Source: Pseudomonadota bacterium (GTDB lineage Bacteria; Pseudomonadota; Alphaproteobacteria; Rickettsiales; UBA8987). Taken from it: 64,000 nt of DNA. Positions 1-8,174 of the stretch are shown one piece after another; the first letter of the stretch is position 1, and the number at the start of each line of letters is the position of its first letter. The DNA lies in assembly GCA_048498735.1 (NCBI GenBank), contig JBEHXK010000002.1, positions 28,057 through 92,056 of the forward strand. The letters are read 5' to 3'. The notes beneath the pieces are model-generated. The model made no database searches. It was not told the DNA's origin and saw only the letters and a list, made by a program, of their open reading frames with translations. The translations under genes were made by a program, and so were the position numbers.

Positions 1-83
1 AAAGCAACATCCCATCACTTTGAAGCGCTTGCTTTTTACCCCTATCATATGATACAATCCACCGTTCTTTTAATGGGGGTTAA

Positions 84-2138
84 ATGTCAGAACAGCAAAA
101 GCTGCAGCAAGGCCAGAAAGTCGGGCCAGAATTTGAATTTCCAAAAGCTAATCCAGATAAAATTCTAAGAGATACAAAATTTCTCTGGAATAATATATAT
201 GGAAAAATGAATGAGGCGGCTGATCAAACAAAAGGTCAGGCATCACTCGTAAAGCTCGATGAATTCGCAGAATTTTGTCAAAATGAACTTTATCCTATAA
301 CTGAGATGTATTTCCGCGGCGAGATGCCTGTGGATATTATTTATAATGAACAAACTCAGGCAAACGAATATCCTGAAGTTACAAAACAAGCTTTCAAAAA
401 ATATGCTGATGCGGGTTTCATAAAAATAACTGCTAAGGAAGAATTTGGTGGTTTCAATCTTCCCAAGGCGCTTGTTCCAGCACTTGCACAGGTTGGGTTT
501 AACGCCAACACTTCATTTTATTTAAAAGAGATGGTTACCCAGGGTGATTTAAACCTGCTTCAGGAAGCGATAAGTTTTGAAGCAAAAGATGGCCCTAAAG
601 ATAAACTGCTTCGTAATGTGATCAATATGATTGGAAGCGGCAGGGCCTCTGGCGCAATGGTTTTAACAGAACCATCTTCAGGCAATAACATAGGTAAAAT
701 GAAAGCCTATGTTAATCAGGTTGAGGGCGATCAATATTTAATTAATGGTGATAAGAAATATATCACCGGCTATACAACCGGCGGCATAGATACGGTTGAA
801 AACTCATTCGCAATTGTTGTTACTAACACTGAAAAAGAGGGCAAGTTAACAGGTAAGGCAACTGTAACTCTTGTTCCTCTATATAAAATCGATGAGCTTG
901 GAAACACACTGTATGATGAGAATAAAAAGCCGATAGCTAATGAAGGAATCACAACATCGCAATGGATAGAAAAGCCCGGTATTCGAGGCCAGATTCTGCA
1001 GCAGCATCAGTTCAATGATACGCAATGTATTCTGCTTGGCGAAGTTGAAAAAGGCTGGGATGTGATGTTCAAATGCATGGATCCTGCAAGATTAGAAGTT
1101 GCATCACAGGCGGTAGCTCACGTTCAGAACGCGCTAACTCTTGTTGATTCCCATGCTTCAAAGAAACACTGGGATACTCTTGAAGGCGTGCCATTAGGCC
1201 TTCGTCCGCAGGCGGCACTTAAGTTAAATGAAATAAAGGGTTTTGCGGAAGTTGGTTCAGCCGTGCTAATGAAAATCGGCACTGATATAGATAACGCTAA
1301 AACCTGCGAAAAATCTGCTGATCTAGTGAAGCTTGAATCATCTCTGGCGAAATATTATTTTACCAAAAATGCAAAGAATGTGATGAATGATGCCGCGCAA
1401 TTACTCGGCACTGATGGCTTCATTTCTAAGCAATTCCAACAGATAAAGCATGATCTTGAGCCTACCACCATATATGAAGGTTCGAACGAGATGATGGCAA
1501 AACAAGTTGCCGTGCAGCAGTTTGATAAGATCCCAACCTTCATTGCAGAGACAAAAAAATTCATGAAGGACTATTATTACTATAATGCTGAAACGAAAAT
1601 CGGTGTGGATAAGCATTGCTATAATGAAGTAGCTTCAACGTTTGAAAATTTTGAGACTGCTTACGATTTACTAAAAAACAAACAGAACGAATTAAAAGAA
1701 ATAAAAAACACCGGCCAACCTTCAAGAGAAGCAATTCTTGCAACTGAAATACTTGCAGCAAGTGAAGTTTTTGCTGACCATATGGGTGCACTTATGATGG
1801 GGCGTGAAGCTTTGCGTGTAATAAAAGCTTGTGATAAGGAGCTATCAAACTCGAATTCGCAATATTCTGTTGAGGAGTTGAATGACAGGGTGATTGGTGC
1901 GCGTGCAGCGATAAATAATTTCGTCGTTGGTAAATATCCGAATAATTATGAGGAAGTTCAGAAGCGTTATTTCACCGCCCGTGAAGTAGAACATACTGAA
2001 GAATTCAAAGAAGAGCTACTGGCCTATCTAGAAAATATACCAGCTAAAAACCAAGCTGAAAAACCAAGAACTATATTGCAGAACTTAATGCATGCAGCTG
2101 TAGGCGTATTCAGTGGTAAGCAACAAAAAGCTGCGTGA
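84..2138 (+). CDS. acyl-CoA dehydrogenase family protein (long, divergent form)
   Basis: 684-aa ORF with a G-rich SD-like stretch just upstream of the ATG. 'TTIYEGSNEMMAKQV' matches the acyl-CoA dehydrogenase C-terminal catalytic-Glu signature (YEG-T/S-xEI). About 200 aa extend beyond that motif. The N-terminal part is only weakly recognisable by eye. Confidence 0.6.
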   Translation: MSEQQKLQQGQKVGPEFEFPKANPDKILRDTKFLWNNIYGKMNEAADQTKGQASLVKLDEFAEFCQNELYPITEMYFRGEMPVDIIYNEQTQANEYPEVTKQAFKKYADAGFIKITAKEEFGGFNLPKALVPALAQVGFNANTSFYLKEMVTQGDLNLLQEAISFEAKDGPKDKLLRNVINMIGSGRASGAMVLTEPSSGNNIGKMKAYVNQVEGDQYLINGDKKYITGYTTGGIDTVENSFAIVVTNTEKEGKLTGKATVTLVPLYKIDELGNTLYDENKKPIANEGITTSQWIEKPGIRGQILQQHQFNDTQCILLGEVEKGWDVMFKCMDPARLEVASQAVAHVQNALTLVDSHASKKHWDTLEGVPLGLRPQAALKLNEIKGFAEVGSAVLMKIGTDIDNAKTCEKSADLVKLESSLAKYYFTKNAKNVMNDAAQLLGTDGFISKQFQQIKHDLEPTTIYEGSNEMMAKQVAVQQFDKIPTFIAETKKFMKDYYYYNAETKIGVDKHCYNEVASTFENFETAYDLLKNKQNELKEIKNTGQPSREAILATEILAASEVFADHMGALMMGREALRVIKACDKELSNSNSQYSVEELNDRVIGARAAINNFVVGKYPNNYEEVQKRYFTAREVEHTEEFKEELLAYLENIPAKNQAEKPRTILQNLMHAAVGVFSGKQQKAA

Positions 2139-2173
2139 TAGCACAAAATAATAAAAGCAGTAATTAATTGAAA

Positions 2174-2455
2174 TTAAGCGCTAGGTGCGGTTTCACCCTG
2201 TTTTTTCTTTTCTTCGTTTGCGGCTTCTAGTGCATAAACGCATAGATCTTCAAATGAAACGCCGTTCTTTTCGGCCAGGGTCAGAAGTTTTGAAAAACTT
2301 TCCATCACCTCACCAGGGATAGCGCCGCCACGTTCAGAAGCCAGCCAGTGCGCCTGATGCTGTAGCGGGTGGTTACCTTTTTTCGGAATACCGATATAGA
2401 CATCAAAAGGTGCCTTCTTACCGCCAAAATCACATGGTATGGTAAATTTTTTCAT
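2174..2455 (-). CDS. conserved hypothetical protein, DUF2610-like
   Basis: 93 aa. The N-terminus 'MKKFTIPCDFGGKKAPFDVYIGIPKKGNHPLQHQAHWLASERGGAIPGEVM' matches, from memory, the DUF2610 family seen in Rickettsiales-like alphaproteobacteria. Function unknown. Confidence 0.5.
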   Translation of the reverse strand: MKKFTIPCDFGGKKAPFDVYIGIPKKGNHPLQHQAHWLASERGGAIPGEVMESFSKLLTLAEKNGVSFEDLCVYALEAANEEKKKQGETAPSA

Positions 2456-2477
2456 GTGCGCATTATACTATAAAAAA

Positions 2478-2921
2478 TCAGATGCTGAAATCAGTTTTTG
2501 CGTTTTTCCCATAGAGGCCCTCAATTTTTACCGCCCTGTTATATATATCCTCCAGGGTGATCTTGCTTAAGGTTGCGGAGAGTTCCGCCTCTATTTGCAT
2601 ATTTAATTCCTTGATTATAGGTGAAAAGTTATTTTCTTCAGATAGAGCATTAGCGCCTTTTACAAGGCCACAGGTTATCGCATATACTTCATTAAGGTCG
2701 ATCCTGCGCCTTTCGCGAGCCAGCGAATATCCACCGCTTGCACCGCGCGAACTTTTCAAAATACCTTTTTTAACCATATTCTGCATGATCTGTTCGGTAT
2801 ATCGAAGTTTCAGACCGAATTTGCTGCAGATATCTTTACTGGAAACGGGTTTTTGCCCGGAGTTAAGCGCTATATAAGTGAGTGCTTCAATCGCGATATA
2901 GAATTTTTTATTAAGCGCCAT
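2478..2921 (-). CDS. Rrf2 family transcriptional regulator
   Basis: 147 aa with a typical Rrf2 winged-helix N-terminus ('YIAIEALTYIALNSGQKPVSSKDICSKFGLKLRYTEQIMQNMVKKGILKSSRGASGGYSLAR'). No three-Cys Fe-S ligand cluster is visible in the C-terminal half. Confidence 0.8.
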   Translation of the reverse strand: MALNKKFYIAIEALTYIALNSGQKPVSSKDICSKFGLKLRYTEQIMQNMVKKGILKSSRGASGGYSLARERRRIDLNEVYAITCGLVKGANALSEENNFSPIIKELNMQIEAELSATLSKITLEDIYNRAVKIEGLYGKNAKTDFSI

Positions 2922-2939
2922 TGAAGCCCTTTAAAGGTT

Positions 2940-3215
2940 TTAAGCAGCTTCACGCTCATCGTCATCGCCGCCGCCCATTCCAAGCGCGTGCTTATATAGA
3001 TCAAGAATTTCTTCTTCCTCAGCAAGTTTTGCCGCATCTTTTTTGCGAAGTGAAATAAGCTTTCTTAGAACTTTCACATCAAAGCCCATGCCTTTTGCTT
3101 CTTTATATGTGTCAGAAATGAACTCAGCCGTGTTCTTTTTTTCTTCTTCCAATTTTTCAATACGGGAAACTATCTGTCTTAATTTATCACCCGCAACGCC
3201 ACCAAAATTTACCAT
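2940..3215 (-). CDS. gapR: DUF2312/UPF0335 nucleoid-associated protein (GapR-like)
   Basis: 91 aa. '[49 protein letters not shown]' is the characteristic DUF2312 pattern, a family specific to alphaproteobacteria. Confidence 0.75.
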   Translation of the reverse strand: MVNFGGVAGDKLRQIVSRIEKLEEEKKNTAEFISDTYKEAKGMGFDVKVLRKLISLRKKDAAKLAEEEEILDLYKHALGMGGGDDDEREAA

Positions 3216-3287
3216 TTTTATTACCTCAAGAATTTTTGAATAAATAGGTCATCAATTAACTAAAAAACCTAGGCCAAGTCAATGGTT

Positions 3288-3974
3288 TTAAGCGATGCTG
3301 GTAAAGATTTTTTTAGCAGCTTCGGCAGGGTCTGGGCTTTGTGTTATAGGCCTTCCGATCACCAGATAATCAGCACCAAGTTTTATCGCTTCAGCAGCAG
3401 ACATTGTCCGCCCCTGATCGTCCTTTTTATCATCAGCACTTCTGATGCCAGGCACCACAAGTTTCAACTCGTGGCCGAAATTTTCCCTGATCTCGGCGAT
3501 CTCATGCGGTGAGCATACAATTCCATCAAGGCCGTTTTTTGCAGCCAGTTCTGCAAGGCGCAAAACTTCATCACGAATGCCATAATCGATCCCAACCTCA
3601 CTTATATCTATATGGCTGGTGAGAATAGTAACTCCAATTAGAAGAGGGCGCTTCTCACATTCATCGATCTGATATCTCGCCGCCTTCATCACATCACTAC
3701 CTGCAAGAGTGTGTATAGTGGTCATAAAACAATTTAGATGGCAGGTCTGCTTTATCGCTTTCGCAACCGTGTTTGGTATGTCGTGCAATTTCAGGTCGAG
3801 GAAGATATTTGTGCCGTCTTCGGTGATCTTTTTAACGCCTTCGGGCCCATTGCTCAGGAAAAATTCAAGGCCAAGCTTGAACGCGCCCACGTTAATTTTA
3901 GTTTTATTTATCAGCTCTTTAGCGGCAGATACGTTATCAGTATCAAGGGCGCATATGATGGGGTTTTGAACCAT
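3288..3974 (-). CDS. pyrF: orotidine 5'-phosphate decarboxylase
   Basis: 228 aa with the PyrF motifs 'IICALD', 'FKLGLEFF', 'IFLDLKLHDIPNTV' and 'LVIGRPI'. Confidence 0.9.
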   Translation of the reverse strand: MVQNPIICALDTDNVSAAKELINKTKINVGAFKLGLEFFLSNGPEGVKKITEDGTNIFLDLKLHDIPNTVAKAIKQTCHLNCFMTTIHTLAGSDVMKAARYQIDECEKRPLLIGVTILTSHIDISEVGIDYGIRDEVLRLAELAAKNGLDGIVCSPHEIAEIRENFGHELKLVVPGIRSADDKKDDQGRTMSAAEAIKLGADYLVIGRPITQSPDPAEAAKKIFTSIA

Positions 3975-4058
3975 TTGTTCGGTTTTTAGGCTTTGTTAAG
4001 ACTTTATTAATAATTCTGCCATATACTAAGCCCATATAAAAATTTTTAAAGAGATTTT

Positions 4059-4832
4059 ATGCCAAGTGTAGAAAAACCTAATCCGCTAATGACGCAGTAT
4101 CAGGATAGTATAAAAAGCGGCTGGTTTAAAAGAGGCAGCATTCATGCCGATGAAGTAGTTTCAGATGATGATAAGCGCGGTGTAGCAGAGCAAACGATAA
4201 TTGATTATTTTAAAGATAATCATACAGAAGCCGGTGTTAAGCAGATCAATCAGTTCATTGCCGATTATAATAAAGCGGTGCCGGGTGCTATGATAGATTT
4301 CACTTTGAATATTGACGATAAGGGAAATATTTTCAAAAGAGAAAATGGCAGTAGTACCTTCACAAAAGTTTATGCGAAAGATGTAGATAAATATGATTGG
4401 AGTCGCAAAGTATCTAAGGATGATGTGGCTGACATAGCCTCTATAATTGCAAATGATACCAACTCTGCAGATATGGTTTCAAACCAAAAATTTTTAAAAC
4501 TGGTAACTGATCTGCAAAAAGGCGGCAAGGATGTTTCCAGGGAAGATATAGATAAGGCTTATAAAATAATTTCTGAAGGTGGGATAACTCCGGCAGAACA
4601 AAAAATGTTTGATGCCCTTGTTAATGTTAATGAGGATATTGGGGTTTCTCACATAGCATCGATAGGAAAAACGCTGATCTATAAGCGCGATGAAACCTAT
4701 GACAAAATAGATCATTCAACTGGCGAAATAGATAATGGCTTCCAAAAAGGCACCGAAGCGCTTTCTGAAAATACCGCGTCGGATTTTAACCCGGGTGGTA
4801 AAAAGGGTGGCGGCGGGCGCACAGGCAAATAG
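4059..4832 (+). CDS. hypothetical protein (hydrophilic, no signal peptide, Gly/Lys-rich C-terminal tail)
   Basis: 257-aa ORF filling an otherwise empty gap. I recognise no family motif. It ends in 'NPGGKKGGGGRTGK'. Confidence 0.5.
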   Translation: MPSVEKPNPLMTQYQDSIKSGWFKRGSIHADEVVSDDDKRGVAEQTIIDYFKDNHTEAGVKQINQFIADYNKAVPGAMIDFTLNIDDKGNIFKRENGSSTFTKVYAKDVDKYDWSRKVSKDDVADIASIIANDTNSADMVSNQKFLKLVTDLQKGGKDVSREDIDKAYKIISEGGITPAEQKMFDALVNVNEDIGVSHIASIGKTLIYKRDETYDKIDHSTGEIDNGFQKGTEALSENTASDFNPGGKKGGGGRTGK

Positions 4833-4869
4833 GGCCAAGGAATTACTTTAAGTTAGGTTTAAGTAATAC

Positions 4870-4901
4870 GAAATGGGGTGGGAGCGAGTCTCACCCATTT
4901 C
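4870..4901. repeat. imperfect long hairpin in a convergent intergenic region
   Basis: 'gaaatggggtggga...tctcacccatttc' forms a stem of about 11 bp with one bulge. No T-tract follows on the + strand. Confidence 0.4.
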
Positions 4902-4917
4902 ACTTAAAACCCTGGAA

Positions 4918-4952
4918 ACAAAAAAGGGCTGGAATTTCCAGCCCTTTCTTTT
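4918..4952. terminator. bidirectional rho-independent terminator (serves glnA and the 4059..4832 ORF)
   Basis: The stem GGGCTGGAA/TTCCAGCCC (4926..4944) is flanked by an A-run upstream and 'tttctttt' downstream. It therefore reads as hairpin plus U-tract on both strands. Confidence 0.65.
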
Positions 4953-4957
4953 GCGTC

Positions 4958-4977
4958 ATTCCAGCGAATGCTGGAAT
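4958..4977. repeat. 8-bp stem hairpin directly after the glnA stop codon; shares arm sequence with the terminator hairpin
   Basis: ATTCCAGC-gaat-GCTGGAAT, 3 nt from the glnA TAA (4981..4983). The 7-mers GCTGGAA and TTCCAGC also form the arms of the hairpin at 4926..4944. Confidence 0.6.
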
Positions 4978-4980
4978 CTA

Positions 4981-6390
4981 TTATACAGAATAGTAATTGA
5001 TGAATTCGCCTGGAGTCGGGGTAGTTTCGAAATCCAGAACTTCTTTCATTTTCAGTTCAATATAAGCATCGATCTGGTCATCAGTGAACACGCCGCCTTT
5101 TTTCAGGAATGCGCGATTCTTATCCAGATTTTCCAGTGCTTCACGAAGTGAGCCGCAAACTGTCGGCACTTCTTTCAGCTCTTCCGGTGGAAGGTCATAC
5201 AGGTTTTTATCCATTGCTTCACCTGGGTGAATCTTGTTCTGGATACCATCTAAACCTGCCATCAACATCGCTGCGAATGAGAAGTAAGGGTTTGCAGTCG
5301 GGTCTGGGAAGCGAACTTCGATACGTTTGCCTTTAGGGCTTGCAACGTAAGGAATACGGATTGAAGCAGAACGGTTACGAGCAGAATATGCAAGCAGAAC
5401 CGGAGCCTCATAACCAGGCACAAGGCGCTTATAGCTGTTTGTTGAAGCGTTAGTGAATGCATTCAGGGTTTTTGCATGTTTTATGATACCGCCGATATAG
5501 TAAAGTGCGATTTCAGAAAGGTCAGCATAGCCGGAGCCTGCGAATAGAGGTTTCGCTGCATTCCATAGAGATTGGTGCGTGTGCATGCCTGAACCATTAT
5601 CACCTTTGATCGGTTTTGGCATGAAAGTAACGCTTTTGCCATAAGATGCCGCCACGTTATGCACAACATATTTATATTTCTGCACATCGTCAGCGCTGCT
5701 AATAAGCGTGCCAAATGCAATGCCAAGCTCACATTGAGAAGGTGCAACTTCGTGGTGGTGAAGCTGCGCGTTAACGCCAACTTCTTTCAGTGTAGTCACC
5801 ATTTCAGCGCGGATATCATTCAATTGATCAACCGGTTGAACTGGGAAATAACCACCTTTAACACCCGGGCGGTGACCAAGGTTGCCACCAGGATATTCAG
5901 TGCCTGTGTTGTAAGGGCCTTCTTCGGAATCAATGCTTACGAAGCTGCCATACATCTGTTGGTCAAAACGAACATCATCAAAAATGAAGAATTCAAGTTC
6001 CGGGCCGAAATAAGCTGTGTCAGCAACACCAGTGCTTTTCAGGTAAGCTTCTGCGCGTTTAGCTGTCGAGCGTGGGTCGCGAACATAACCCTGGCCGGTT
6101 GCAGGCTCGATCACATCACAGAAAATGATCGCAGTAGGCGCTGCAGTGAATGGGTCTTTGAATATGGTTCTTGCATCAGGTTGCAGGATCATGTCAGATT
6201 CGTTGATATCTTTCCAGCCGGCGATCGAAGAACCATCGAACATGATACCTTCAGCCAGTTTAGCCTCATCAATCTCAGAAGCATGGTAGGCAGTGTGCTG
6301 CCATTTACCTTTGGAGTCGGTAAAGCGGAAGTCTACAAACTCAATTTCGTTATCTTTCAAGAACTTAACGGCATTTTTTGCGTCAGACAT
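4981..6390 (-). CDS. glnA: glutamine synthetase, type I
   Basis: 469 aa, recognisable as GSI over its whole length ('[15 protein letters not shown]', 'FDGSSIAGW', '[18 protein letters not shown]', '[13 protein letters not shown]'). Confidence 0.95.
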   Translation of the reverse strand: MSDAKNAVKFLKDNEIEFVDFRFTDSKGKWQHTAYHASEIDEAKLAEGIMFDGSSIAGWKDINESDMILQPDARTIFKDPFTAAPTAIIFCDVIEPATGQGYVRDPRSTAKRAEAYLKSTGVADTAYFGPELEFFIFDDVRFDQQMYGSFVSIDSEEGPYNTGTEYPGGNLGHRPGVKGGYFPVQPVDQLNDIRAEMVTTLKEVGVNAQLHHHEVAPSQCELGIAFGTLISSADDVQKYKYVVHNVAASYGKSVTFMPKPIKGDNGSGMHTHQSLWNAAKPLFAGSGYADLSEIALYYIGGIIKHAKTLNAFTNASTNSYKRLVPGYEAPVLLAYSARNRSASIRIPYVASPKGKRIEVRFPDPTANPYFSFAAMLMAGLDGIQNKIHPGEAMDKNLYDLPPEELKEVPTVCGSLREALENLDKNRAFLKKGGVFTDDQIDAYIELKMKEVLDFETTPTPGEFINYYSV

Positions 6391-6533
6391 ATCGTAAAAA
6401 TTATTAGGGGTTAATCAGATATATAAACTAATAACACCAATTTTGCCCTTGGCAACAGGATTTTTCCCCAAATTTCCACTTTATAAAAAACCCCAAAAAT
6501 GTTAAGGTGGTGCAGGATTTTAACGGGGGATCA

Positions 6534-7019
6534 ATGCTTTCAGCAAAAATAGATAAATGGGATGTAAATCAAAAGAGCACTTTTCAGGTGCATTTTGATG
6601 ATGAGATGCTTGCCTCGTGTGAATCTTTCGTTGAGAAATTCAATCAGGTCGCGGAAAAGGCTGCTGAGATAAATATCATAAAACATAACGGCCAGAACCT
6701 TATGGTCTATAAATCAGATATTCTTGAATATGATGAATTTGAACATTTGGTGAATACAGTCAGCGATGGTTCTGTTCGTGGCTTTGGCCATATGACAGAA
6801 TCTAAAGAAACAGATAACTGGTTAATGATCAAAAAAGCCGGCCCGGTTTTAAACGCCGAACCACAAGAAGCAGCCTTTACAGCTTTGGATCAGATAAGCA
6901 AATATGAAAATGAATTAGTAAACAAACAAATAGATGAATTATCGAAAGCGACTAATCATAAGCTAAAAATTGATACAATAATTGCCTTAGGAAAAAATAA
7001 GAATCACGGAGTTGAGTAA
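6534..7019 (+). CDS. hypothetical protein
   Basis: The ORF track starts at GTG 6507. The in-frame ATG at 6534 is preceded by GGGGGA and is preferred. 161 aa, hydrophilic, no recognisable motif. Its stop abuts the stop of convergent hemW. Confidence 0.45.
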   Translation: MLSAKIDKWDVNQKSTFQVHFDDEMLASCESFVEKFNQVAEKAAEINIIKHNGQNLMVYKSDILEYDEFEHLVNTVSDGSVRGFGHMTESKETDNWLMIKKAGPVLNAEPQEAAFTALDQISKYENELVNKQIDELSKATNHKLKIDTIIALGKNKNHGVE

Positions 7020-8174
7020 TTAAATACTCTCACTTAGCTTCTTCACGATATTAGTATGCAGTAACAGGCCTTCGTTAGTCAGCTTCACTGAATTTTCATT
7101 TATAATCATCAAGCCTTCATCGCAAAGTTTTTGCAGGAATTTTTTATCTAATATTTCTTCAAAATCTTTGCCGGTTTTTTCAGCGAAATCTTTTTTATCT
7201 ATTCCCTCACGTATGCGCAGGCCCATGAATATCATTTCCTCGATCACCTGAGTTGCTGACATTTTCTCACGGCTCTGCAGGCCTTTGCCTTTTTCTACAA
7301 CTGCCTTTAACCAATTCTCTGGTGAGTGAATATCCATCGTCGCGATCTTATCTTTTCCTTCGTGAATTCTTCCATGTGCGCCGGGGCCAATGCCGATATA
7401 ATCATTATAATACCAGTAATTCAAATTATGCCGGCTTTCAAAACCTGGTTTTGCAAAGTTTGAAACCTCATAGCGCAGCAGGCCTTTATTTTTGCATTTT
7501 TCAACTGTCAGATCATAAAGGTCGGCAGCAAGTTCTTCCTCCGGCATCTGGAATTTATTCTTATGAAAATCGCTATAGAATGGTGTACCTTTTTCAATTG
7601 TTAACTGATAAAGCGAAATATGCGGGCTATTGAACTTCAGCGCAAAATTTAGAGTATTTTCCCATTGTTCCATAGTTTGTCCGGGCGTTGCATAGATCAG
7701 ATCAAAACTGAAATTGCCCAATATTTTTGCGGCTGACTCAATCGCATTTATCGCCTGATTTTTGCCATGCCTGCGACCTAAAAATTTCAATATATTCTCA
7801 TCGAATGATTGAACCCCGATCGAAACTCTATTTATCCCTGCGTCTTTAAATGCCCTGAACTTCTCCACCTCACTCGATGCCGGGTTTGCTTCCAAGGTTA
7901 TTTCCGCATCTGTCTTCACATCAAATTCGTTTTTTATTTTCTCAATTATTCTTCCAACCGTTTCGGGCTGCATCAGGGAAGGGGTGCCGCCACCAAAAAA
8001 TATTGTATCGATCTTTAAATCACCAAGTTTATTTTTATAGAATTCTATCTCTTTCAGATAAGCACCAAGCCATTTGTCATGCTCAATGCTTTCGCGCACA
8101 TGCGAATTGAAATCGCAATAAGGACATTTGCTTTCACAGAAAGGCCAATGGATGTAAAGTGATGTCTTAAGCAT
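7020..8174 (-). CDS. hemW: radical SAM family heme chaperone HemW (HemN-like, oxygen-independent coproporphyrinogen oxidase-like)
   Basis: 384 aa with the radical SAM motif 'CESKCPYC' near the N-terminus, 'FFGGGTPS', and HemN-like C-terminal domain length. Confidence 0.85.
   Translation of the reverse strand: MLKTSLYIHWPFCESKCPYCDFNSHVRESIEHDKWLGAYLKEIEFYKNKLGDLKIDTIFFGGGTPSLMQPETVGRIIEKIKNEFDVKTDAEITLEANPASSEVEKFRAFKDAGINRVSIGVQSFDENILKFLGRRHGKNQAINAIESAAKILGNFSFDLIYATPGQTMEQWENTLNFALKFNSPHISLYQLTIEKGTPFYSDFHKNKFQMPEEELAADLYDLTVEKCKNKGLLRYEVSNFAKPGFESRHNLNYWYYNDYIGIGPGAHGRIHEGKDKIATMDIHSPENWLKAVVEKGKGLQSREKMSATQVIEEMIFMGLRIREGIDKKDFAEKTGKDFEEILDKKFLQKLCDEGLMIINENSVKLTNEGLLLHTNIVKKLSESI

Noticed and set aside
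1604-1612. Exact DnaA-box-like 9-mer TGTGGATAA
   Set aside because: It is a single occurrence inside a coding region, with no clustering or adjacent AT-rich unwinding element. It does not indicate an origin.
4873-5151. 92-aa + strand ORF ('...[12 protein letters not shown]...')
   Set aside because: It is built from the intergenic terminator and hairpin sequences plus the antisense of the glnA 3' end. The hairpins explain the sequence better than coding does.
5659-6414. 251-aa ORF on the + strand
   Set aside because: It lies entirely antisense to glnA, whose identity is unambiguous. This is a typical shadow ORF with an odd composition and no motif.
6391-6506. Looked for a sigma-54 promoter or glutamine riboswitch upstream of glnA
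   Set aside because: 'TGGCAAcaggaTTTTT' occurs, but on the wrong strand for glnA and without the -12 GC. No glnA-RNA motif was seen.
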